Source of the DNA: Candidatus Micrarchaeota archaeon
GTDB lineage: Archaea; Micrarchaeota; Micrarchaeia; Micrarchaeales; CABMGC01
Direction: 5' to 3'
DNA: 45,312 nt
Assembly (NCBI GenBank): GCA_021812185.1
Contig: JAKAON010000003.1
Location: 1-45,312 of the forward strand
Part shown: one piece after another, positions 9,897-19,141 of the stretch
Position numbering within the stretch: the first letter of the stretch is position 1
How the letters are laid out: the number at the start of each line of letters is the position of its first letter
Notes under the pieces: model-generated
The model's database searches: none
The model's input: only the letters and a program-made list of their open reading frames with translations
Told to the model about the DNA's origin: nothing
Position numbers and translations under genes: made by a program

Positions 9897-9911
9897 GCGA
9901 CCACGTTTGCG

Positions 9912-10685
9912 CTACTGATTGAGGGTAGCATTTACCACTACCCCTTGAGTCGTAGAAGGTGTGCTGCCTTGGTAAAAGTTGCTCACTGCTATATACTGCA
10001 GTCTGTTCTGCAGCGACCCTAGTACACCTGAAACGACTCTAACACTTATGTTTTGGCAAAGGTAAGATGCTATAGGGATGCTTACATTTTCGAAAATACT
10101 GGATTGGTTTTGATTTGAGTTAATATACGTATTGAATTGGTAAGAGGCGTATACGGTGTTTTTGTGAATTATTTCTACATACAATTGCTGGTTTTGTGGA
10201 GATATTATTTTGAAGTTTAGGTATGGTTCCACAGCTTGGAAGGAATCGGATGTTAGATTTCCAGGATACTTTGAGAAACCTGGTTCGTACGTGGTTGCAA
10301 AGTAACCTCCTTGCGCTCCAGTCCATGGGGATCCGTAATAGGAATTGTTTTGGTTGAGCTGAGATACATTAGCAGGCACCGAGCCGAACCCGAGGCCGGT
10401 CACATTCCACCCAAAATAGGTGCCTGTGCCAAAATTCCCATTGGTTATAGCAGCATAAGGTTGCCCAGAAAGGCAGCTTGTTGTTAATATGGATGTTGTG
10501 GAGCTCTTTGAAGTCACAGATGACGTTGCATTCGAACTTGCAGAATTTGATGGTATGGTGGTTGCTTTGGACGTCGTGGTTAGTGAGAATATAGGAGTTG
10601 GCGATTGTATTAGGTATATTAGCAGTACAACTGCGATTATAGCCATCGCAAACATCAGGATTAGTTTTATTTGATTTCCGGCCAT
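9912..10685 (-). CDS. Membrane-anchored surface protein with Ser/Thr linker and putative carbohydrate-binding beta-sandwich
   Basis: N-terminal TM helix, S/T-rich stalk, NGNFGTGTYFGW motif. Confidence 0.65.
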   Translation of the reverse strand: MAGNQIKLILMFAMAIIAVVLLIYLIQSPTPIFSLTTTSKATTIPSNSASSNATSSVTSKSSTTSILTTSCLSGQPYAAITNGNFGTGTYFGWNVTGLGFGSVPANVSQLNQNNSYYGSPWTGAQGGYFATTYEPGFSKYPGNLTSDSFQAVEPYLNFKIISPQNQQLYVEIIHKNTVYASYQFNTYINSNQNQSSIFENVSIPIASYLCQNISVRVVSGVLGSLQNRLQYIAVSNFYQGSTPSTTQGVVVNATLNQ

Positions 10686-10808
10686 GCAAAACTCTCTTTA
10701 TTTCATACGCTTTTAAAATACGCTAGATAATTAAATGAGCCATCATGAATATAAATATTTAGATTTATATCAGTCTAGTCAATAAGTATTTGTCAATTTG
10801 GTGTTTCA

Positions 10809-10922
10809 TTGGGAAGCATACCTAGAAAATGGAAGAAAAAAGGCCGCATGCGCTGGAAATGGGTAAAGAAGAAAAGGAAGAGGATAAAGAGAGCCCAGAA
10901 GAGAAGAGTAGGAGAGCTCTAA
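10809..10922 (+). CDS. rpl41e: Ribosomal protein eL41/eS32 (not in ORF track)
   Basis: TTG start after GGTGT; translates to [37 protein letters not shown], matching the archaeal [14 protein letters not shown] signature. Confidence 0.9.
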   Translation: MGSIPRKWKKKGRMRWKWVKKKRKRIKRAQKRRVGEL

Positions 10923-11521
10923 CTAGTTGTTAGAGTCCTTATTTTGTATCTTCCTCTCTTTTCTATTTCTTTTAGTTTCAAGAGAGTTAGCCTAGCTTTT
11001 GCCTCTGATGCATAGCCTGAGAGGAATTTGCTAAATTGGGCACTTGATATAGCTCGCTTCATGAGCAATAGGTCCATAGCCTTCTCTTCCAAGCTTATAG
11101 TTACCTCTGAAAGGCCAAAGTCTATAGCAAAGACGTCATTCCCGCACAGCATTATGTTGGCAGGAGTAAAATCGCCATGTACGATGTTGATATTGTGCAA
11201 TTTTGCTAACAACGAACCGGATTTTGATAGAGTGCGCGCTGTTATTTTGGCGTCTTTCATCAATTTGCCGTTTATCATTTCCATGCATATTGTGAACTTG
11301 CTTACTGCAACCAGTTTCGGGACCATTATTCCCGCAGCAGTTGCCTTGACCATTATTTTGGCCTCTCTTTTTGTTCTAGATTTCCTTATTTTCTGGTCCA
11401 GATTCTGTATTCTATAACTTTTAGGCTCTCTTACCTTGAATAGAAGCTTTTTACCTAGAATTTGGTGTGAATATATTTTTGCTTCTGCTCCTTCGCTAAA
11501 TAGTTGCATTTTATCACTCAA
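10919..11521 (-). CDS. bud32: KEOPS kinase Bud32
   Basis: GAEA, RTKREAK, HGDFT, IDFGL and RGRY motifs. Confidence 0.95.
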   Translation of the reverse strand: MSDKMQLFSEGAEAKIYSHQILGKKLLFKVREPKSYRIQNLDQKIRKSRTKREAKIMVKATAAGIMVPKLVAVSKFTICMEMINGKLMKDAKITARTLSKSGSLLAKLHNINIVHGDFTPANIMLCGNDVFAIDFGLSEVTISLEEKAMDLLLMKRAISSAQFSKFLSGYASEAKARLTLLKLKEIEKRGRYKIRTLTTS

Positions 11522-12492
11522 TATACTACAGCCAAATCTGTCCTAAACTTCTGATCGATTGTGCATTTTGATAATTTCGTGTCGTGACCTTTAGAAAGCT
11601 CTCGTTCACCGACAAATGCGATCATTGCGCCGTTGTCGGCATTGTACTGATCAGGCGCGTATCCGAATTTTGCCTTATGCTCTTTTGCTACGCTTCCAAG
11701 CATATCTTTCAGCATGGAACTCTGTGCTACCCCGCCGCATACGCACAGTTCGCTGCTGTTTGTCATAAGCAACGCCCGTTCAGTAGCTTCGCATATCATG
11801 GAAAAGGCATTCTCTTGTATGGAAAAGCATAAGTCTTGTATTTTTTCTTTTCCTATGAGCGAAGTAGCCTTAGTAAGGAGGCCTGTGAATGCAAAATCCA
11901 TGCCTTTGACAGTGTATGGAAGCTCTATGTACTTCCCTTCATTTGCGATTTTCGCTACTGTAGACCCCCATGCGGGATTGAGCTTTGCCGATCTTGCAAA
12001 GTTATCGAGCATGTTTCCCACTCCTATGTCAAACGTTTCGCCTAAAACGTAATATTTATTGGTTTTATTTTTTCTCATCTTTAATATCTGTGAATTTCCC
12101 CCGCTTACATACAGTACCAACGGATCTTTTTGTTTTGCAAAATGCTTTGCTATCTCTATATGGGCTATTGAATGGTTTACTGTAGTTATCTTAAGACCTA
12201 ATTCTTTTGCAATTGTCTTTGCCGCAAGTTGTCCAACCTGGAGGCATGGGCCTATCCCAGGACCTTTTGTATAGCATACACCTTCCAATTCGTCAATAGA
12301 GATATTTGCAGATAAAAGAGCTTTGGAGATAACTTCATTTACGTGATCCATATGATAATTTGCAACATCCCCTGGTATCATCCCTTTCGTGGTTATGTTG
12401 TACATTGATTTTTCGTTTGCAAGTATAACTCCGTTGTCCACTATACCTACACCGAACGTGTGCGCACTGCTCTCTATCCCGATTACTATCAT
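11518..12492 (-). CDS. kae1: tRNA t6A N6-threonylcarbamoyltransferase Kae1
   Basis: GIESSAHT, GPG, HSIAH, YVSGGNSQ and DNGAMIA motifs; start set to MIVIG. Confidence 0.96.
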   Translation of the reverse strand: MIVIGIESSAHTFGVGIVDNGVILANEKSMYNITTKGMIPGDVANYHMDHVNEVISKALLSANISIDELEGVCYTKGPGIGPCLQVGQLAAKTIAKELGLKITTVNHSIAHIEIAKHFAKQKDPLVLYVSGGNSQILKMRKNKTNKYYVLGETFDIGVGNMLDNFARSAKLNPAWGSTVAKIANEGKYIELPYTVKGMDFAFTGLLTKATSLIGKEKIQDLCFSIQENAFSMICEATERALLMTNSSELCVCGGVAQSSMLKDMLGSVAKEHKAKFGYAPDQYNADNGAMIAFVGERELSKGHDTKLSKCTIDQKFRTDLAVVY

Positions 12493-12595
12493 GCTTGATG
12501 CCTTTAATAGATAACAGATTGTGATTTCACATATAAAAATAGTTCTGAATAACACCAACAAAATGTCTATTAATTTGCAGGTATATTTTTATGTG

Positions 12596-13060
12596 ATGGA
12601 GCTAAACGAATCTTCACTTATAGAAAGGGAGATAACAATACGTAATCTGAGGCTTACTAAGGAGGTATTAGAAACAAAAAGATCCATTGTTAGATGGCTT
12701 GCACTGTCCCTTGGAATAATAAATCCCGGGGAATCGAGGCTTAGTGCCGTTGCCATATTAGATGCGCTTATATATTTCCAATTCATAAAAAAATCAGATC
12801 CAAACATTGATGAACTAACTCAATATATAAACAAGAATTGGGAGGAAATAAACGAGAAGACGCTTAGATATCATTTGTTGCGAATGAAAAAGATGGGATA
12901 TGTTGAGAATAGCAAGGGTGTTTTTTCCTTAAAACCTCCGTCTATTGGAGATAAATATGATTATGAAGCTTGGTCAAAGGCTTTATTTGAAGAGGATTAT
13001 AAACAAGTATCCCGAAAGGTTGGCGAGGCTTTAAAGGAATTGAAGAATAGAACACAGTGA
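12596..13060 (+). CDS. Hypothetical protein with winged helix-turn-helix
   Basis: NEKTLRYHLLRMKKMGYVE wHTH-like motif; start at MELNESS inferred. Confidence 0.7.
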   Translation: MELNESSLIEREITIRNLRLTKEVLETKRSIVRWLALSLGIINPGESRLSAVAILDALIYFQFIKKSDPNIDELTQYINKNWEEINEKTLRYHLLRMKKMGYVENSKGVFSLKPPSIGDKYDYEAWSKALFEEDYKQVSRKVGEALKELKNRTQ

Positions 13061-13064
13061 TCGA

Positions 13065-14708
13065 ATGGAAAAAGTTGATTATCTAATAGGTTTAATTGCA
13101 ATAATAGTCATAGCTGCAGGAATATATTTCGGAGTGTTTTATTCATCCCCGATGAGCGTGCAGGTTCGATTCCTCAATGGCACAAACATCAGTCGCAGCG
13201 TATATCCTTACCAAAATGTTGCTTTGCCTATAGCAATTACCAATACGGGAAGCGGGAGCATAACCAGCATGAATGTTGAGATAGATGTAAACGGACAGTT
13301 ATCTAGCTATTATAAAGTTACATTGCCCCAATCCAAAGAAGCTGTTTTGAACTACAACTTTACACCGACATACCCAGGGTATTATAATATCACTGCCACT
13401 GTGGATCCAGGACATCTTTACAATATAGTCAATAGGCAGAATGCACAAAAGACGTTTGATGTTTATGTTGCAGTTCCGGGAAAGGACCAACCTTACACCA
13501 TTTTGCCTAAAGGCAACTATACTGCAAGAGGAGCAATATATGCAACTGCGATAGGTATGGATTTTGCTGGATATTTGATGAACAATTATAGCATAAGCTT
13601 GGATAAATCAAACCAGTTTACTGGTTTTGATAAAATATTCATACCACTTTTCAACGTAGCTAATAATTACATAAAATCCGTCTCGGTAGAATACGCAAAC
13701 TATTCAAACGGATCTTATGCATATTCTGTGTGGTTCAACAGCTACTTGTCAGATAACATAATAAATACCGCATTACAAGGATACCAGGCAGGCCATAAGA
13801 ACTCAGTTAAGATTAGTTATGAAATGATGGATGGATCCAATGTAACAGTGGCCGATTTTGGCAACGAATCCACATTGTGCAGTTGGTATGCGGATGGGTG
13901 GATGAAGAACCTGATGTACCACGGAAAATTGGGATGCTATGGAGTGCTTCTTAATGAGACACCTAACGGAACATCAGCGATAAACCAGTACCATCTAAGC
14001 AATAAAGTGCTGGAGAAGGCTAACCTTACGGAAATTGCTAACTTCACTTACCAAAGCGGAAATGAATTCAGCTATGGCCAGATTTTATACGATGGGAGGG
14101 AAGTGGTGCTGCCCATCCTGTCAAACAAACCAGGAAGCGAAGTTTGCTACGGACTTATAAATTACATAAATAATACAGATTACTGCAGTTATTACGTGCC
14201 TGGAAAACAGTCGATATACAGTAATACTTCAATAATTAACACTTATCTCAACACTAAGCAGTATAACATAAGCCTCTTTGCTGTTGTGAATAGTTCGCAG
14301 GTCCTTAGCTCTCTTCCGACAAGCTTTGGAATCTTGGACGGATATAATATGTCGAATAAATCAGTAAATTTTGTTTCTGGACTTACAAACACGTGCAAAT
14401 TAGGGAATGGTATTTCATGTGATAATGTAACATTTGCAAATAGTGTCATAGGTTTTGACTTGCTTTCAAACAAAACAATGAATTTGAACGGCATATCATG
14501 CTTCCAAAATCCTCCGGGAAAGATTACGCCTTTGAACCTTACAGTGTACAAGAACACATCTGTTCACGTAAATGCGGAATGCTACAATGGTATTTCGCCG
14601 ATTGGGGGAGTTCCCCTTAATCTTGGGTTGGGATTGAATTTGAATTATACGGTAGCAAACCAAATAAGTTCGATAAAAGGCACAGCATACATAGTTGGCC
14701 TAAGTTAG
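13065..14708 (+). CDS. CARDB-domain surface glycoprotein
   Basis: N-terminal TM helix; ITNTGSG..PGYYNITATVDP CARDB-like Ig fold; many sequons; paired Cys. Confidence 0.75.
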   Translation: MEKVDYLIGLIAIIVIAAGIYFGVFYSSPMSVQVRFLNGTNISRSVYPYQNVALPIAITNTGSGSITSMNVEIDVNGQLSSYYKVTLPQSKEAVLNYNFTPTYPGYYNITATVDPGHLYNIVNRQNAQKTFDVYVAVPGKDQPYTILPKGNYTARGAIYATAIGMDFAGYLMNNYSISLDKSNQFTGFDKIFIPLFNVANNYIKSVSVEYANYSNGSYAYSVWFNSYLSDNIINTALQGYQAGHKNSVKISYEMMDGSNVTVADFGNESTLCSWYADGWMKNLMYHGKLGCYGVLLNETPNGTSAINQYHLSNKVLEKANLTEIANFTYQSGNEFSYGQILYDGREVVLPILSNKPGSEVCYGLINYINNTDYCSYYVPGKQSIYSNTSIINTYLNTKQYNISLFAVVNSSQVLSSLPTSFGILDGYNMSNKSVNFVSGLTNTCKLGNGISCDNVTFANSVIGFDLLSNKTMNLNGISCFQNPPGKITPLNLTVYKNTSVHVNAECYNGISPIGGVPLNLGLGLNLNYTVANQISSIKGTAYIVGLS

Positions 14709-14712
14709 CCAA

Positions 14713-17493
14713 GTGGTTTGGTTGGATAAGACATACCGTCTATTTTTAGAGATGTACACTGAGTTTACATCAATACAAAAAGTGGCAATACCGATAATCG
14801 AAAGCGGAGAGAACTGCCTGATAATAGCACCGACAGGAGGAGGTAAGACGGAAGCGGCGCTTCTTCCCATACTAAACAAATTATCAAAAGGGCAGAAGAA
14901 TGGCATACGCGCGATATATATCACCCCTTTAAGGGCCTTGAATAGAGACCTGATAAAAAGGCTTGAGAGGATATGCGGAGATATAGACGTTAGCATATCA
15001 GTGAGGCATGGCGATACTAAACAAACTGAAAGGAGAAAGCAGGCTATCAATCCACCGCAAGTATTGATAACTACTCCAGAGAGCATGCAAAGCATCTTGA
15101 TAAATAAGAGCCTTAGAGCTTCATTGAAAAATATACAGGCAGTGATAGTAGATGAACTTCATGAGCTTTACCATAATAAGAGAGGTGCGCAGCTCGCCGT
15201 TGCTTTGGAAAGGCTTGTAGAGCATGCTGGAGAATTTCAGAGGATAGGCATAAGTGCTACTGTTAGCAACCCAGAAGCTACTGCAGGGTTTTTGTTTTCG
15301 GAAAGAAAAAGAAAGATAGCAGACGTTTCTGAGCTTAAAAAGTTGGATATACATATAATATCTCCGAAGAACCCTAAGAGAGAGCATATTGAATTACAGA
15401 ATGCTTTTGACTTGAATAAAAAATCGATAGCAAGAATAGAATCCATAGCAGATATTGTAAGACATGGTCATTCGACATTGATATTCGCAAATACGCGCCA
15501 GATAGTAGAATCGCTTGGTAACAAGCTGATATATTTCGACAACTATGAGCATTTTGGACCCATAGCAGTACATCATGGGTCATTGAATCAAGAGGAAAGA
15601 GTTTCTGTAGAGAATAAATTCAAGGAAGGCGAGATAAAAAGCATAATAGCTACGAGCTCTCTAGAGCTCGGAATAGATATAGGGAGTATAGACCAGGTTA
15701 TACAATATAATTCCCCTAGGCAGGCAACAAGGCTTGTGCAGCGAATAGGAAGGTCCGGGCATAAAGAGGGAAGGGCAGCAAGTGGAACAATAATTGTAGG
15801 CAGTGCACTTGATGCGCTGGAAGCCATTGCCATATCGGAATCTGCGGCTAAAGGATTATACGAACCTCAAGAAATAGAAGAAAAGCCCTACGATGTAATG
15901 ATAAATCAAATATGCAGCATGATAATAGAATACGGGACATTGAGCATAGATACTGTTTTTAGGGTTTTGAAAAGGTCTTACACATACAGAAATATGTCTA
16001 TGGAAGAGTTAGAAAGAATAGTGCTCTTTGGCAAGGACCAGCACATATTGAATGAAAAAGACAGGTCGCTAAAAATCGGATCACGCACTTTGAAGTATTA
16101 TTATAATAATATAAGTCTGATAGCAGATAAAAATTACTTTAAAGTGAAGAATACAGTTACTAATAGGGTAATATCCAATCTCGACGAGAATTTTGTTTCT
16201 AATTATATTGATATAGGTACGGTGTTTATAACAAAAGGCCTGCAATGGCGTGCTATAAGCATAGAAGAAGACGTGATATATGTAGAGCCTAGTTTAGAAC
16301 TTGAAGCAGCCATACCAGATTGGGAAGGGGAGGATATACCTGTTTCTTTCGACATAGCCCAAGCGGCTTTTGATATATTCAGCAGCGGCAAGTATAGCAA
16401 TTCCACAGGTTATGCAGACATGGATACGATAGACTCCCTAAACGAGATGATGGCGAGCCAAAGTAAGTTTAGAATGCCCCAAAGAGATATTCTTCTGATC
16501 GAGGAGCAGGATAATTATATAGTGATATTTGCGCCTTTCGGTAAAAAAGCAAATGAAGCACTTAGTAAAATTATATTATCAGTAGTGATATCTTCTACAA
16601 ATCAAGAATATCTTTTAAGAGCCACGCCTTATGCAATAATAATAGAATTGGGATATACCAATAAGAGATTGGATATACTTTCGATCATCAAGAGTTTGGA
16701 AAAAGTAGATGTGGCTAATTTCGTTAGTAACAGCGTATCATTGCGAAATTCGGAAGTTTTTAGATATAGGTTCTTGCAAATATCGAAAGCTTTCGGCGTG
16801 CTTGAAAAGAAGGCAGTAACTACTAAAAGCGTCTCGACAAGACTTGTTGATTTTTACAAAGATTCTCCGATATTTGATGAGACAGTCAGGGACCTTTTGA
16901 AGAATTATCTTGATTTTAATAAAGCTGCGGAAATTATAGGCAAGATTAAGAAAAATACTTTGAAAATTGGTGTTGTTTACTCTGATTGTTCGCCGTTTGC
17001 AGATGAATTGCTAAGATCGGCGTATAAATATAGGGAGCTGTTTGCGCCGATAGGCGAGAATAGCGAGGAGGTAGATCAGTTTCTGGACGGGATAATGAAG
17101 AAAAATGTTGACATTTATTGCACTTTTTGCAGTTACAGGAAAAGATACCGCCTTTCTGATTTTGAACCTAATGCACCCATAAAGTGCGAAAATTGCAAAA
17201 GCAGGATGGTTACCATTTTGAAGGATAAATACGAAGATGTCTTAAGGAAAAACAGCGAGGGCAAGAGATTAACTAAAGTTGAAGTAAATACATACAGGGA
17301 GATATTGAAAATAGTTGGATTGATAGAGGCATATGGACCTAGGGCCATCATAGCATTATCCTCATACGGAGTAGGTCCAGAAACGGCATCCAGGTTGCTT
17401 AGGATGCTAAGAACTGATGAAAGGGCGTTCGTTGTTGATATCATAAATGCGCAGAAAAATTTCGTGAAATACAAAAGATTCTGGAAAAGTTGA
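14713..17493 (+). CDS. lhr: Lhr-family SF2 helicase with C-terminal Zn finger
   Basis: APTGGGKT, DELH, SAT, SSLELGIDIG, QRIGRSGH, IPDWEGE; CTFC..CENC and YGVGPETASR. Confidence 0.93.
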   Translation: MVWLDKTYRLFLEMYTEFTSIQKVAIPIIESGENCLIIAPTGGGKTEAALLPILNKLSKGQKNGIRAIYITPLRALNRDLIKRLERICGDIDVSISVRHGDTKQTERRKQAINPPQVLITTPESMQSILINKSLRASLKNIQAVIVDELHELYHNKRGAQLAVALERLVEHAGEFQRIGISATVSNPEATAGFLFSERKRKIADVSELKKLDIHIISPKNPKREHIELQNAFDLNKKSIARIESIADIVRHGHSTLIFANTRQIVESLGNKLIYFDNYEHFGPIAVHHGSLNQEERVSVENKFKEGEIKSIIATSSLELGIDIGSIDQVIQYNSPRQATRLVQRIGRSGHKEGRAASGTIIVGSALDALEAIAISESAAKGLYEPQEIEEKPYDVMINQICSMIIEYGTLSIDTVFRVLKRSYTYRNMSMEELERIVLFGKDQHILNEKDRSLKIGSRTLKYYYNNISLIADKNYFKVKNTVTNRVISNLDENFVSNYIDIGTVFITKGLQWRAISIEEDVIYVEPSLELEAAIPDWEGEDIPVSFDIAQAAFDIFSSGKYSNSTGYADMDTIDSLNEMMASQSKFRMPQRDILLIEEQDNYIVIFAPFGKKANEALSKIILSVVISSTNQEYLLRATPYAIIIELGYTNKRLDILSIIKSLEKVDVANFVSNSVSLRNSEVFRYRFLQISKAFGVLEKKAVTTKSVSTRLVDFYKDSPIFDETVRDLLKNYLDFNKAAEIIGKIKKNTLKIGVVYSDCSPFADELLRSAYKYRELFAPIGENSEEVDQFLDGIMKKNVDIYCTFCSYRKRYRLSDFEPNAPIKCENCKSRMVTILKDKYEDVLRKNSEGKRLTKVEVNTYREILKIVGLIEAYGPRAIIALSSYGVGPETASRLLRMLRTDERAFVVDIINAQKNFVKYKRFWKS

Positions 17494-17573
17494 ATTACTT
17501 TTCGTATGATTGTTTTTACAGCTTGTAGAATAGATTTAAAAAATAGTAGAGTTTCATTAGTTATGGGGGTTAA

Positions 17574-18845
17574 TTGACAGAACGAGTCCAGGGGATCAAT
17601 ACACGCGTAGAAATACTTGAGAATGGGTTAACTGTAGCTTTAATACACGACCCGTTATCGAAAGTTGTTGCGACTTGCATAGGGATCAAGTACGGTTCGG
17701 TATACGAACCGTCTGATAAAAATGGGATTGCACATAGGCTCGAGCATTTGCTTTTTAAAGGAACTCCGGAGAGGACTGATTTTGAGATATGGAAAACGCT
17801 TAGGAAGTATGGAATAAATGATGATGCAGAGACAGGCATGGAGGACACCAGATATTACTTTGATACGGAAAGAATGTATTTCTCTAAAACATTTTCGGTA
17901 CTTTCAGACATGATAAGGAATGCGTCCATTCCAGAAGATGCGGTAGCAGCTGAGGAAAGAGTGGTAGATATAGAGAAGTTAACCTGGGAACAGAGGATTG
18001 GAGACACTGCCAGTGAACAACTATTGGATATCATGTTTGAAGGAACGCCGATAAAAACAGTTATAGGTACTGAGGAAAGCTTAGGCAGCATCACCAGGAA
18101 TGATCTTGTAGAGGCTTATAAAAATTATTACACTCCAGATAATTCCATAGTTATAGTATGCGGACCTCTGAGGCAAAGTGACGCACTTAGAGTTGTGAAG
18201 AATAATTTAGGTGATTGGACAGGAACCGCAAACACTGCTAATGTTACTCCAATATTTAACATACAACGAGAGAATAGGGAGTTTGTTGTAAATAGCGCTG
18301 ATGCGAAGATGCCTATGTTTAGAATAGGGTTTGAAACATTACCAGTATCGCTTTCTAAGAGTAAAAAAGAACATATGGCCTTGGAGATACTCAAAAATGA
18401 GATTATGTTCAGAATCCAGGATAACCTAAGGCTTGGAGATAATAATGGAATGGTTTATCACCCAGTTGTAGAGAATATGTATGGAAAATACTTTGGCTTG
18501 TTTTCAATAGCTTTAGATACGCATCCAAAAGCAGAGTTGGAAAAAGTTAGGGAACTCCTATTCAAGGAAATACGAAGGACATTTGAAGGAAAGATAAAGA
18601 AGAGTGAGTTAGTAGAGGCTAGGGACTGGCTTACTGTTAGAAAATATCTCAGGCAAGAAAATGATCACCCTATAGATATCGTTTACAATAGCTGCAATCA
18701 TTATATCGCAACAGGATCTCCAAGGTACACCGAGGAATTCGTAAAAGGAGTTAAAAATATTTCTCCAGAGTATATGATGGATGTGGCTTATAGATTCCTT
18801 AATCCAGATAAGGCAGTTACATTGACCATATTACCGGTAAAGTAG
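17574..18845 (+). CDS. M16 (pitrilysin-like) Zn peptidase
   Basis: LENGL, inverted Zn motif HRLEH, YYTPDN. Confidence 0.92.
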   Translation: MTERVQGINTRVEILENGLTVALIHDPLSKVVATCIGIKYGSVYEPSDKNGIAHRLEHLLFKGTPERTDFEIWKTLRKYGINDDAETGMEDTRYYFDTERMYFSKTFSVLSDMIRNASIPEDAVAAEERVVDIEKLTWEQRIGDTASEQLLDIMFEGTPIKTVIGTEESLGSITRNDLVEAYKNYYTPDNSIVIVCGPLRQSDALRVVKNNLGDWTGTANTANVTPIFNIQRENREFVVNSADAKMPMFRIGFETLPVSLSKSKKEHMALEILKNEIMFRIQDNLRLGDNNGMVYHPVVENMYGKYFGLFSIALDTHPKAELEKVRELLFKEIRRTFEGKIKKSELVEARDWLTVRKYLRQENDHPIDIVYNSCNHYIATGSPRYTEEFVKGVKNISPEYMMDVAYRFLNPDKAVTLTILPVK

Positions 18846-18892
18846 CGTTTAGTTATATTTTGATATTTCTGATTTTACTGTTTTGTTTTGAG

Positions 18893-18967
18893 CGGGCCCG
18901 GTGGGATTTGAACCCACGACCTACTGGTTAAGAGCCAGTCACTCTGACCAAACTGAGTTACGAGCCC
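18893..18967 (-). tRNA. tRNA-Lys(CUU)
   Basis: Cloverleaf; anticodon arm ACTGG-CTCTTAA-CCAGT; T arm GTGGG-TTCAAAT-CCCAC. Confidence 0.95.
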
Positions 18968-19065
18968 AAAAGTACATTAAATATTAGTCCTAAAATCTAA
19001 AAAACAGCGCTACACGTGCCCTTTTTGACATTTTTGTTTTACGTCTATAAATTAATAAGTTTATG

Positions 19066-19097
19066 TTTTTGACAAGCTTTTCAAAAAGGTTTATAGT
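19066..19097 (+). promoter_or_regulatory. gyrB promoter (BRE-TATA) with overlapping inverted repeat
   Basis: AAAAAGG-TTTATA; TTTTTGA-N8-TCAAAAA. Confidence 0.45.
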
Positions 19098-19141
19098 TAT
19101 TAAATACACAGTAATTTTGACTAATTATTTCACTGATATTT

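Noticed and set aside
12493-12595. Long N-terminal extensions of kae1 and the divergent ORF given in the track
   Set aside because: They overlap each other in AT-rich promoter DNA; downstream ATGs fit better
5056-18967. Similar 3' ends of tRNA-Ile and tRNA-Lys as att sites of an integrated element
   Set aside because: Both are complete tRNAs, the enclosed genes are housekeeping and there is no integrase
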